This document shows positions 10,053 through 19,469 of a stretch of DNA of 64,000 nucleotides, piece after piece. Origin of the DNA: Candidatus Bathyarchaeota archaeon (GTDB lineage: Archaea > Thermoproteota > Bathyarchaeia > Bathyarchaeales > Bathycorpusculaceae); NCBI GenBank assembly GCA_963777155.1, contig CAVZPM010000035.1:11376-75375 (forward strand). The letters are read 5' to 3'. The position numbers and the translations under genes are program-made. The notes below the pieces were generated by a model. The model was not told the DNA's origin and did no database searches. It saw nothing but the letters and a program-made list of their open reading frames with translations. The stretch's first letter is position 1. Every line of letters starts with the position of its first letter.

Positions 10053-11398
10053 GGTATTAGTTGATCAGCAGTTTGTTCCGAATCTTTTTTGGGGTTGCGT
10101 GGCAGTTTGGGTTTTTGCCTTGTTACCTGCTCAACTAGGCGCCAGAATTCATCCATCGTGTAGCCTTTGAGAAGTTCTTTCATGAGTTTTTTAACCTGGT
10201 AATAGGTCATCTGGGCTTCGCCTTTATCAAGACTTTCTTGTGGACCCTTGATCCGTCGGAAGAGCTCATCCATCTGTCTTGGTGAGGCTCTAATTCCAGC
10301 TTTTTCTAAGAGCTTCTGTACGAGTGTTAACCCAGTGTTTCTTCCAATAAAAATCATAGTTTCTCTACCCACTATTTCAGGTGGAAAAGGTTCGAAAACG
10401 AGGGGTTGAGAAAGCATTTCTTCTACGTCCTCTTCTACTTCGTGGGTGAAAATATTTTCGCCGATAATTGGTTTGTGAAATTGTATGGGCAACGCGAATG
10501 CTTTTTCGGCTGATTGAGCGAGGCGGTAGATTTTTCCTAAATCAATTCCTGTGTCTATGTTGTAGAGTAGCTCAGTTGATGTAACTACTTCTTCGAAGGG
10601 TGCTATTCCTGCGCGTTCGCCAAAACCAGCGATACACGTATGCAAGTAAGATACACCTTCCTCCATTGCTGCAAGAGTATTTGCAGAGGCTAAACCGAAG
10701 TCGTTGTGGCAGTGGATTGAGAGGGGTGCCTTCTTTCTTATAGCGTCTGGCAAACCATCGCGAATATGTGCAATTAAATAACGCATCGAAAGAGGTCTAA
10801 TGAAGCCAACACTGTCGGCTACTCCTAATCTGATTGCGCCTGCGTTGGCGGCTGCTTCAAAAACCTGTAGAATATCTTCAATAGGAGTACGGGTAGCGTC
10901 CATAAGAATAAAGTTAGCATTTGTTCCATGTTTCTTAGCATAATCGATGCTTTCAACTATTCGTTGTATCGCCTGCGCCTTAGTGAGCTTCAACTTGTAC
11001 TGTAGGTTTAAACCGTTAATGGGAGATTCGATTGTTATTTCTTTAATTCCGCTTTCTAAGCAGGCATTGATGCTATTCTTCGTGGGTTCTGCTGAAGCTG
11101 TAAGCTTGGAGTAAGTGAAGGTTTCGTTAACGATGCGTTTGACGGTTCGTTTTTCTTCCTCAGAAAGCGCTGGGAAGCCAACGTTAATGATGGCGACTCC
11201 TGCTTCATCCATTAACTTTGCGAGACGCACTTGTTCAACATAAGTTAAGTAGACTGTCGGGGCCTTGATTCCTTCGCGGAAGGTTTCGTCCCAGATGAAA
11301 ACTCGGTCTGGAAGCTTAGGGGGTAAATTCTTTCGTAAGCGGTTGTAATTAGCAATCAAGCCCTGAGCTTCTAGCTTTTTGAATATGGTCTTCCTCAT
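10049..11398 (-). CDS. Isopropylmalate/homocitrate/citramalate synthase family (DRE-TIM) protein
   Basis: WDETFREG, GFP, DATR, ADSVG, HCHNDFGLA, GFGERAG. Confidence 0.85.
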   Translation of the reverse strand: MRKTIFKKLEAQGLIANYNRLRKNLPPKLPDRVFIWDETFREGIKAPTVYLTYVEQVRLAKLMDEAGVAIINVGFPALSEEEKRTVKRIVNETFTYSKLTASAEPTKNSINACLESGIKEITIESPINGLNLQYKLKLTKAQAIQRIVESIDYAKKHGTNANFILMDATRTPIEDILQVFEAAANAGAIRLGVADSVGFIRPLSMRYLIAHIRDGLPDAIRKKAPLSIHCHNDFGLASANTLAAMEEGVSYLHTCIAGFGERAGIAPFEEVVTSTELLYNIDTGIDLGKIYRLAQSAEKAFALPIQFHKPIIGENIFTHEVEEDVEEMLSQPLVFEPFPPEIVGRETMIFIGRNTGLTLVQKLLEKAGIRASPRQMDELFRRIKGPQESLDKGEAQMTYYQVKKLMKELLKGYTMDEFWRLVEQVTRQKPKLPRNPKKDSEQTADQLIP

Positions 11399-11591
11399 TT
11401 AGACACAATCCAACAAATGAGCTAAAGTATTATGTTTAATTTGCTAATACCTATATAAAACTGCATCTATCACGAGTCAACCCGCGTTTGAGCCTAACAT
11501 GAAAAAAGTAACATTTTTTCTTACGATATGGGTGACGGCAAAAGTCTTAAGTGCAAAAAAGACAATCTTACCTCAAGAAGGGAAACTTCGA

Positions 11592-11810
11592 ATGAGCAGC
11601 AGCTTAAAAACTACTATCGAAAAAATAAAAGCGTTAGAGATTGAGAAAAAGAACCTTTTAACTGAAATCGACAGACTCAAAAAATTAGCTGACGCAAAAG
11701 CACTTGAATTGGAAAGTGAAGTAAGCTTGCTACGAAACGAGGTCAAATCCCTCAAGGTTCTTGTGAACAGTGCAGAACCCAACTCTACCCAGAACAAAAT
11801 ACAAATCTAA
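11592..11810 (+). CDS. Small coiled-coil protein
   Basis: Continuous heptad pattern (LKTTIEKIKALEIEKKNLLTEIDRLKK...); likely start ATG 11592. Confidence 0.7.
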   Translation: MSSSLKTTIEKIKALEIEKKNLLTEIDRLKKLADAKALELESEVSLLRNEVKSLKVLVNSAEPNSTQNKIQI

Positions 11811-11935
11811 AGTTTTGATCAAGATAGAAAAGGACAAGGTAGCATTGTCATTTACTGCTTTAATACGCTGAATCAGGGTCATGCGCATAGCCGGTTGCTT
11901 TATGCTGCCGATGGCAGTGCGTTTGAGCAAGTTGT

Positions 11936-12751
11936 TTATGGAGTCGGACAGGCGTTGCAGGCAGTTCTTCTTGCATCTGGGGATGTATCAGTTTCCAGTT
12001 TCTCCAGTTCTTTGTGTAAGCGGTCGCTGTTTTCGTTGAGTTCTTGTTTACGTTTCTCGTAGTTGTCATGGAGTTTTTCTTGTTCAGCTGAAAAGGTCTG
12101 TAGTGTAATTTCTAGTTCATTTTTAGTTGTTTTAAGTTCCTGGGTTGTCTGGAAAAGTTGCTGGGTTGCCTTCTTCTTAGCGCTAAACTTGTAGAAGCTA
12201 ATTTTGACTTCCTGTTGGGCAGCAAGTTGGTCTTCTACTTCCCGAATTTTCGTGCTTAGACGCTGGACTTCTGCATTTCTTTTGTTGCTTCGTTCCCTTG
12301 TCTGCTCAGCATATTCTTTGTCGGCTTCGACGATTTTGTGATTGTTATCAGCGAGAGCTTTGGCTTCTTCAGTTAGGTCGGATTCGGCAAGTCTATCTTG
12401 GGCAAGGGCACCTTCCACGTCCAAGAAAATCTGGGCGCGTTCCTTGGTGAACTGCTCATCCACCGATATAGCTGGGTTAGTTTCAAATTCGGAGGTAACC
12501 TGTCGAATGCTTACCAGCCAATCATCAAAGTATTGACTGAAAGGTGAGAGAGCAAAAATCTGATTCCCTAATTTGCTTAGGCTGTTTAGGGTTTTCTGGG
12601 CGACTTCCTGTACGGAAGCTTGAGGAGTTTCTTCCTGCAGGTACTTCGCGCTTTGCTTCTGTTTTTTTTCTTTCGATTTTTTTTCGTGGGCACTCTTTGA
12701 GAACTGTTTCCCAGCGCCTTTGCGTGAACCAATTTGGGGTCTGAAACTCAT
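11936..12751 (-). CDS. Coiled-coil hypothetical protein (C-terminus probably frameshifted)
   Basis: 271-aa ORF rich in K/E/Q with heptads; basic N-terminus. Confidence 0.7.
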   Translation of the reverse strand: MSFRPQIGSRKGAGKQFSKSAHEKKSKEKKQKQSAKYLQEETPQASVQEVAQKTLNSLSKLGNQIFALSPFSQYFDDWLVSIRQVTSEFETNPAISVDEQFTKERAQIFLDVEGALAQDRLAESDLTEEAKALADNNHKIVEADKEYAEQTRERSNKRNAEVQRLSTKIREVEDQLAAQQEVKISFYKFSAKKKATQQLFQTTQELKTTKNELEITLQTFSAEQEKLHDNYEKRKQELNENSDRLHKELEKLETDTSPDARRTACNACPTP

Positions 12752-12926
12752 AAATAATCATTGTATACAAGAAATATTTAAACAATGACGCAATCAAAAA
12801 GGCATTATTTGCAAATCGGCAGTTGGAAAATTTTAGGATTAAATCATCAAACCTTTAATTTACAAGTTTCACGAAAGCAAGAACTCTTATTCCTCAGGGT
12901 CTAAGAGGGTTTCTTAGCGAACCAGA

Positions 12927-13905
12927 CTACTTGCGGTTTCTTCTGGAGACTTTAGGCTTATAGATTGGTTTTGTAGGTTTTTCAGAGAGGTTAGATTTGG
13001 GTTTACTTCGCCGTTTCAAAAACAAAAATGCAGCCACGACAACTAATATTATGACAATTGCAATCACAACTTCATAGACAATCGAAGAATTTAACAAGAT
13101 TGTGCCTGTCTGGGATTGGTTTGGTTTCGTAGTTTGTCCGCCACCTGTGCCTATGTAAGGAGTTGTGAGAGGCGCAGCACCTTGTAAGAGCGGTCCTCGG
13201 GTCTGAACTAGCAACGAGTAACTGGCTATCTTCAATCTTGTTGGGGCGTTCGACTGGTTTAAGTCGAAAGCTGCAATCTGGAAGTTTAGCGATTCTGAGG
13301 GGTTTAGTGTTCGAGGCTCTAAGTAATTGGTGTAACCAACTCCCACGACTGCGCCTGTTGAGTTAAAGAATGTTCCTACCACTGTGAGGTTTGTGGCAGT
13401 TTGAGTACCTACATTCTGAATGCTGCCTGTAACTAAATATGCACCGTTGTAGTCGCCAGTTGTGCCAACTGAAGCGGAACTACTTGTTATCTTTAAGTCA
13501 GGGTATTGGTAGCTAATTGTCGAGTTGGCTAAAGCAACTTTTAGGTTAATTTCGCCTACGGTGTACCAACCATTTGAGCCCTGTGGGGGTTGAAAACCTA
13601 TGTCAAAAGGCGCCTTCTGCTGAGGAAGCAACTGCGCTACGTAGACACTGGTATAAGATGCAGATGATAACCCTTCCAATGTAGAAGCGGTTCCTGTTAG
13701 GATAACTTGTTCGATGACATCTGGTCCAATGTTTTGTACCTCCCCCACTACCACAAGGTTACCTAGTGAGTCGAGGTACCAGCTATGGCTTCCGATTTTG
13801 ATATTTTGGGTTTCGCTGACTTGGCTTTGAGTGCTAGGAACAAAAAACAAGCCTAAACAACAGATAGTTAGAATGACATATGATGCAGATGGGGATTTTT
13901 TTCAT
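12927..13905 (-). CDS. Secreted/surface protein with two FxLYD-like Ig domains and C-terminal TM anchor; frameshift in the signal peptide
   Basis: VVGEVQNIG and VTGSIQNVG...VVGTFFNSTG repeats; C-terminal TM followed by KRR; ATG 13905 gives MKKIPICII. Confidence 0.75.
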
Positions 13906-14055
13906 ATGGAACAGCCTTCTGGAATTTAAGATGAGGCTTTGAGATATATGAGGCTTTTTCATAATTTCCCCTTAAAGGCTCCAGCTCCAGTTAAGAAGAT
14001 TTGGTGTCATATAGGTCAGAAATTTTTTTAGGCGATATTTTTAAATGTAGAATCG

Positions 14056-14565
14056 ATGGATATGGATTTAGATGAGTTGCCTTTGAGCGATAAATTACAT
14101 CCTTATGTAGTATTTCTTCCAAAAACAGAAAAAAAAGATAAAATCCTCAGCGCCATTTTCGGCTCCAAAGCAGGCGTCGACATTCTCCGCTATTCTCTCA
14201 GGCAGGGGATAGCAAAAAACATCTACCAAAAGGACTTAGTTAAAACTCTTAACTACTCAAACAAAACCATCATTGAAAACCTAAAATCCCTAACATCTCT
14301 AGGGGTCTTAAACGAATCCATGGAGAAAAACGATAAAGAAGGCCGCATCATCTGGATAAAAACCTACCAACTCACCAACCTGGGTAAATGGTTCGCCCTT
14401 CTCATGGCTGAAGAAAAAGAACTCACTGAAATTGAGAAAGCAGAGATACTGCAAAGCCTCTTCCGCACCTATGTCAAGCAAGTCAAGAGGTTGGCAGAGG
14501 AAATTGGTATTAACAAAAAGATGCTTGAGGAAACTTTCCGGGAAGAAATGAAAAGCATCCCATAA
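14056..14565 (+). CDS. Winged-helix DNA-binding protein
   Basis: IYQKDLVKTLNYSNKTIIENLKSLTSLGVL...YQLTNLGK. Confidence 0.7.
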   Translation: MDMDLDELPLSDKLHPYVVFLPKTEKKDKILSAIFGSKAGVDILRYSLRQGIAKNIYQKDLVKTLNYSNKTIIENLKSLTSLGVLNESMEKNDKEGRIIWIKTYQLTNLGKWFALLMAEEKELTEIEKAEILQSLFRTYVKQVKRLAEEIGINKKMLEETFREEMKSIP

Positions 14566-14648
14566 AAACCATTATTCGTTTTATCTTTAGAAAGGGAGTG
14601 CAAAAACTAAATCTGACCTAAGGTATCTATTATTTTTGAGACCCACAA

Positions 14649-15563
14649 TTGACTGAGTATCTTGTTGGCACGGGCGGTTGGGCTTATTTTCAAGTTCCAG
14701 GCAAACCATCGCTTAAAGCATACTCCGAAGTTTTCGATTTTGTGGAGGTCAACAACACTTTCTATGAGTACCCGAACCCACGCATTGTCGAGGGTTGGAG
14801 GCGTTCAGTACGTACAAAGTTTGTTTTTTCCGTGCGTTGTCATCAGGACCTCACACATCGAATCAGACTTAGACCAGTTGATGAAGCGTTTGAGGTCTTC
14901 TACAGGGTGAAGACTTACTGTGATGTTCTGAAGGCACCGTTTTTAGTACTTGAGACTCCTGCAAGTCAGGCTTTGGATAATGAGGGTATTCTGGAGGCTA
15001 GAAACTTTCTATCTTCCATTTCGTTGGGTAAGATTCGTCTTGTTTGGGAGTACAGGGCACTCTTTACATCTAGAATCTGCAGTTTAATGCAGGATTTTGG
15101 CATAATACAAAGTGTTGACTTATCCTTGCAAAAGCCGATTCTAAGCTCTGATATGGCTTACTCGAGGCTTTTTGGGAAAGGCAAACATAACATCTACCAA
15201 TTCACCGACAACGAGCTCCTCGAGATAGAGAAAAGAGCAGAAGAAACCGAAGCAAAAACAGTAGTTCTTGCCTATCATGGATCAAGGATGAATACCGATG
15301 CTCTTAGATCCAAACAACATTTAATGACGAGACAATTTCTGCAGGCGACTAATTCCGTTGGCGTTAATTCGGCTAATGCAGTTTTGGCTGAAGATGCCGT
15401 TTTTCCAGCTAGCAAAGCCCAGCTGATTGCAGATCAAGGTTGGAAAGTCATCGACTTAAACACCGATAAAAGAGTACATTTAGCTGATTTGCTTGCCAAG
15501 ATTCCAGAAAGAACTTATCGGAGTCTCGATGAAGTAGCTTGTGAACTGAAGGCGGTCATTTGA
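14649..15563 (+). CDS. DUF72 family protein (divergent) with extra C-terminal domain
   Basis: VGTGGWAY, VEVNNTFYEYP, HQDLTH; C-terminal FPASKAQLI...LLAKIPERTYRSLDEV. Confidence 0.75.
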   Translation: MTEYLVGTGGWAYFQVPGKPSLKAYSEVFDFVEVNNTFYEYPNPRIVEGWRRSVRTKFVFSVRCHQDLTHRIRLRPVDEAFEVFYRVKTYCDVLKAPFLVLETPASQALDNEGILEARNFLSSISLGKIRLVWEYRALFTSRICSLMQDFGIIQSVDLSLQKPILSSDMAYSRLFGKGKHNIYQFTDNELLEIEKRAEETEAKTVVLAYHGSRMNTDALRSKQHLMTRQFLQATNSVGVNSANAVLAEDAVFPASKAQLIADQGWKVIDLNTDKRVHLADLLAKIPERTYRSLDEVACELKAVI

Positions 15564-16387
15564 GCCAAGAGAACATCCTTCTGGGAACCTGCGGCTGGAG
15601 TTATAAGGAATGGGAAGGTAATTTTTATGAAAAAAGAAGCGTGCAAAATAAACTAAGGACATATTCAAGAATTTTCCATACCGTTGAGATAGATTCAACT
15701 TTTTATCGTAATCCATCCAAGGGTGCGGTTATGGGTTGGCTGAAGTACTCACCCTCAGATTTCGTATTTACAGCTAAGCTGCCAAAAACCATAACACATG
15801 ACAACATGCTAGGGCTAAAGAAAGAAGTTAAGACGGAGTTAGAAGAGTTCTTGGACTTAATGCGTCCTCTCCAACTGGGAGGCAAACTCGCCTGTCTGCT
15901 AATCCAGCTTCCCCCAAAGTACGCTTACAACCCAAAAAACCTTGAAGCATTCTTCCAAATACTGGATCCAACATTCCGCTATGCTGTAGAGTTTAGAAAC
16001 GAAACTTGGTTAATGCCTGAAACTGCCACCTTAAAGCTCTTGGAACAATACAAGGTTGCTTATACTAATGTAGACGAACCTCTCCTGCCATCTGAACTGC
16101 ATCTAACGACTGATTTTAGCTATTTCCGTTGGCACGGCCAGGGTAAGAACATCTGGTTTGACTATCTCTACAGTGAAAAGGAGCTGGAGTTATGGATTCC
16201 GAAAGTGAAAGAAGCCGCCAACAAAGTCAAAAAAGTCTACGGGTACTTTAACAATCATTATCATGGGTATGCTCCAGAGAATTGTCTTCAGTTGTTGGAA
16301 CGGCTAGGTTTGCTTTCTCAGGGGCAGAAGAAATTAAAGGATCAAGGAAAGGTTAGGCAGTCGCAGCTTGGAGCCTTTTTTGGCTAA
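15560..16387 (+). CDS. DUF72 (YecE-like TIM barrel) protein
   Basis: GTCGWSY, VEIDSTFY, LIQLPP, AVEFRN, YFRWHG, YFNNH. Confidence 0.92.
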   Translation: MSQENILLGTCGWSYKEWEGNFYEKRSVQNKLRTYSRIFHTVEIDSTFYRNPSKGAVMGWLKYSPSDFVFTAKLPKTITHDNMLGLKKEVKTELEEFLDLMRPLQLGGKLACLLIQLPPKYAYNPKNLEAFFQILDPTFRYAVEFRNETWLMPETATLKLLEQYKVAYTNVDEPLLPSELHLTTDFSYFRWHGQGKNIWFDYLYSEKELELWIPKVKEAANKVKKVYGYFNNHYHGYAPENCLQLLERLGLLSQGQKKLKDQGKVRQSQLGAFFG

Positions 16388-16441
16388 GAGTGTTGCTGAA
16401 ATTGTGTTTTTAAAATTTTAATAAAAGAGAGAGAGGAAGAA

Positions 16442-16582
16442 GGAGGAGAAAGGCCGTTTTGGCTGGGTTGTTTTGTGGGGTTTGGAGAGAGTTTGAGGGG
16501 GAGAAGGGAGAGCGTGCTAAAAATTAATAGGTCTCCAAACCTTTCCACATTCCCAGCCAATCGGTTTCTTTTTAGCCTCCTC
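16442..16582. repeat. Long imperfect inverted repeat between convergent genes
   Basis: GGTTTGGAGA/TCTCCAAACC, TGTGG/CCACA, TTGGCTGGG/CCCAGCCAA, GGAGG/CCTCC arms. Confidence 0.7.
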
Positions 16583-17775
16583 TACAGTGCTTTAAACGCT
16601 TCGAACCAGCGGTTGTACTGGCTCAGCATGTCCAGTGACACCGACGGCTTGCGTTCCTCCAGTATCTTTCGGAAGTCATCCATCGTTAATAGACGGGGTT
16701 TTGCTTCTTTGTCCATGGCTTTGCCTGTCTCGAAGAATTCGCCGATTAAACTCAGTTGTGCGGATTGGCATACGTCGCGTATGTCGCTGCCTGAAAACCC
16801 TTCCGCCAGCCTTGCCAGTTCATGGAGATCCACGTCGTCTTCAATTTGTAGGTTGCTTGAATACAGCTTTAGCATGTTTAGTCGTGTTGCGTGGTCTGCA
16901 AGCGGCACGAGGATACGTTTCTGGAAACGACGAATAAATGCCCAATCAAGATCCCAGGGCTTGTTCGTTGCGCCAATTACGTAAACGTGAAGTGCCTTCC
17001 CCTTATCCACGATGCCATCCATCTCTTTTAGGAACTGGTTCTTGACTCGGATTTCGCCTCCAACCTCGTTTGAGTGGTTACCCATAAGCGAGTCTAATTC
17101 GTCAACAAACACTATTGCCGGTCTGCCATCCGTCGCAGATTTGCGTGCAGACCCAAACAGTTTAGCCACGTTCTGCTCAGCTTCACCTAGCCACTTCGAC
17201 ATAATTGAAGCCGCATCAATGCTATAGAAATTCGCGTCAATCTCAGTTGCAACCGCAGCTGCTAAGAGGGTTTTGCCGCATCCAGGCGGACCAAAAAGCA
17301 AGATGCCTCGTGGCCAACCTAGTGGAAATAGGTCAGGTCGCTGCACTGGGTAGACTATGGCTTCTTTTACGGCTTTTTTGGCGGTGTCTAAGCCTACGAC
17401 TTCTTGCCAGTTAACTTTTGGTTTCTCAGTCATGACAAGCTCCTCATTAGGTTTTCCGTTACCACCGTTTCCGTTTCCATTTCCGTCCATAGTTGCTGCA
17501 CCTCCACCTTCACCGTCATTATTAGCGGCTTGATTCATCTCGCTGGCGGAGACCGTGCCTTGAAGCGACTTAATTCGCTCCTGATACGCAATTGCCCGCT
17601 GCACGTAGACTTTGTTTAAGCCGTACTCGGGGTACAGCTGCACAAGCTGCAGAAGACTCTCGATTGCTTTTTGGTATAGGGTGATGGCTCTTCCTTTTTG
17701 CCCCTGCTTATCCAGTCGTACAGCATCTAGGGCGTAAGCTGTTGCTGCTCTTTCAAGTTCATTTGACGCACTCAT
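16582..17775 (-). CDS. cdvC: Vps4-like AAA ATPase with MIT domain
   Basis: N-terminal MIT helices; GPPGCGKT, FVDELD, ATNKPW, RRF, GFSGSDI; last gene of an ESCRT operon. Confidence 0.93.
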   Translation of the reverse strand: MSASNELERAATAYALDAVRLDKQGQKGRAITLYQKAIESLLQLVQLYPEYGLNKVYVQRAIAYQERIKSLQGTVSASEMNQAANNDGEGGGAATMDGNGNGNGGNGKPNEELVMTEKPKVNWQEVVGLDTAKKAVKEAIVYPVQRPDLFPLGWPRGILLFGPPGCGKTLLAAAVATEIDANFYSIDAASIMSKWLGEAEQNVAKLFGSARKSATDGRPAIVFVDELDSLMGNHSNEVGGEIRVKNQFLKEMDGIVDKGKALHVYVIGATNKPWDLDWAFIRRFQKRILVPLADHATRLNMLKLYSSNLQIEDDVDLHELARLAEGFSGSDIRDVCQSAQLSLIGEFFETGKAMDKEAKPRLLTMDDFRKILEERKPSVSLDMLSQYNRWFEAFKAL

Positions 17776-17795
17776 CTTTTTTCTCTCTCCTTCTC

Positions 17796-18689
17796 TTATT
17801 CTGGCGAACGTAACTCAATCTTTATTTTGCCTTTAGCACCAAGGCCTTCGAGGGCACGCTCAATCTCCTCATTAGAGGTCTTCAGCTCAACGCTACATCG
17901 ACCCAAATCTATCTCGCCGTTAGTTTTACGAACATACTCTAATAGCACATCTTCCAACGCTGGCTTCTCAACTTTAAGAGAAAACTCTTTAACCTCAGAT
18001 TTCCGATAGGAAAACAGAGTCTTCTCAGGGTCAAAGCCAGATTCCTCCACAGTCTTCTTTGAGAAAACCTGCGAAGAACTCGCTGTTAGGGCAACAAGCT
18101 CTCTTATGGGAGTTTTCTCCTTTACCGGTGCTGCTACTGGCGGCTCCGGAAGGGTTTCAGCGAGCTTCTGCTCCATGAAGCAGGAGACTTCCTTAAGGAT
18201 TTCCTCACCAGCCTCCGTCTTCTTGCCGACCCCAATAACATTCTCGTCGGCGGTAAGTTTAGTGGCGTGAAGAGTATCCTGGATGGTTTGGTTAACGGTA
18301 TTAAGCTCAGAGCTAACGTCAGGCAACACCTGAAATAGCTCTTGTGAAACGCCCTGAAGCAACCGCAAAGCCGGTTTTAGGTCAGCAACGATGTCGCCGA
18401 GTTCCTTAATAGTTTCAAGGCGCAGAACCACACGTTCAATGGCTAATTGAACGTTGTAGAGGAACTTTACAAGTTTTCGGACTTCCGCAATCTCAGTGGC
18501 GCACATTGCGGCTTTTTCTTTATTGTTCTTTTTTAATGCGAACATGCAGGTTTCAAAAAGAACACGGTCCCGCTCTTTTAAGCGGAAACTTGCCTGCTCC
18601 AACTTGTTCTGCTGGACTCTGAGGGTACAAATAGATTTTGTGGCGACTTCACGTATAGGTGGAGGGGTTTGATTAGTTAGACTTTTAAT
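17796..18689 (-). CDS. cdvB: ESCRT-III (Snf7) protein with C-terminal winged helix; probable ATT start
   Basis: AAMCATEIAEVRK...QLAIERVVLRLETI core, LPEPP, C-terminal wH; frame open to ATT 18689, 8 nt after GGAGG. Confidence 0.85.
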   Translation of the reverse strand: MKSLTNQTPPPIREVATKSICTLRVQQNKLEQASFRLKERDRVLFETCMFALKKNNKEKAAMCATEIAEVRKLVKFLYNVQLAIERVVLRLETIKELGDIVADLKPALRLLQGVSQELFQVLPDVSSELNTVNQTIQDTLHATKLTADENVIGVGKKTEAGEEILKEVSCFMEQKLAETLPEPPVAAPVKEKTPIRELVALTASSSQVFSKKTVEESGFDPEKTLFSYRKSEVKEFSLKVEKPALEDVLLEYVRKTNGEIDLGRCSVELKTSNEEIERALEGLGAKGKIKIELRSPE

Positions 18690-18731
18690 TCTTTAGCCCT
18701 CCAACCCTTTCGTTTTTCAGTCTTTAGCTTG

Positions 18732-19451
18732 TTATAGTCCAGCTTTTCCTATTTCTTTAACGTAGACAACCACTGGTGGCTCAGGAAGCTTCGTTGCTGC
18801 ATTGGTTACTGTTTCAGCGTACATTTTATTGGATTTCTGAAGGTTTGATGATTGGTCGCCTAATAGAACACTTGAGAGCTTGCTTTTGGTGAGCTCGTAG
18901 TCTGTTTTTTCTGTGGTTGCACGTCTTAGAGTATCCTGAAGTAGTGCAAAAGCCATCTTGTAATTTTCTTCATCGACTTTTCCGATTTCATGCTCGATTT
19001 CCAAGTTTGCGATGGCATAGCTTAACGAGGTTATTTCATCTTGGCAACGTTCGATTTCTATGCCGGATTCGTCAATGATTACTTGAGCATCCTTTTTGAG
19101 TTGCGCCAACACGTTTGTGAAGCTGTTATGGAGATCCTGGTAGACTTCAGAGGTAATTTTCTTCTTGTCTACAAGGTCTTTTAAGGCTTCATCTTTGCGC
19201 CAGATTAAGGGTATGTGGTCGCAAAGGATGCTTGCTTGGTTTTTGATTTTGGAAATGAATGTGATTTCGGCGCCATTAAACCGTAAGCTTTCCATGGGCT
19301 GTTTGGTGAATTGACCATCGCCAAATTCTACGTAAACTGCGTCGAATTTTCCGTTAGGAGTTAATGCGAAAGAGGCAACTTTGCCGATTACTCGTCCATA
19401 TTCATTCTTTATTGGTTTGCCAATAGAAAGAAAAAGATTGGAGTTAGACAT
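18732..19451 (-). CDS. cdvA: CdvA-like protein (PRC barrel plus coiled coil)
   Basis: IGKPIKNEYGRVIGKV PRC barrel, LEIEHEIG, C-terminal VVVYVK strand; between ESCRT-III genes. Confidence 0.85.
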   Translation of the reverse strand: MSNSNLFLSIGKPIKNEYGRVIGKVASFALTPNGKFDAVYVEFGDGQFTKQPMESLRFNGAEITFISKIKNQASILCDHIPLIWRKDEALKDLVDKKKITSEVYQDLHNSFTNVLAQLKKDAQVIIDESGIEIERCQDEITSLSYAIANLEIEHEIGKVDEENYKMAFALLQDTLRRATTEKTDYELTKSKLSSVLLGDQSSNLQKSNKMYAETVTNAATKLPEPPVVVYVKEIGKAGL

Positions 19452-19469
19452 TTTGTGTTTTCTCCTTTC

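Noticed and set aside
17455-17520. GN/GG repeat (CCGTTT/CCATTT units) in cdvC
   Set aside because: Low-complexity linker between MIT and AAA domains, not a DNA repeat element
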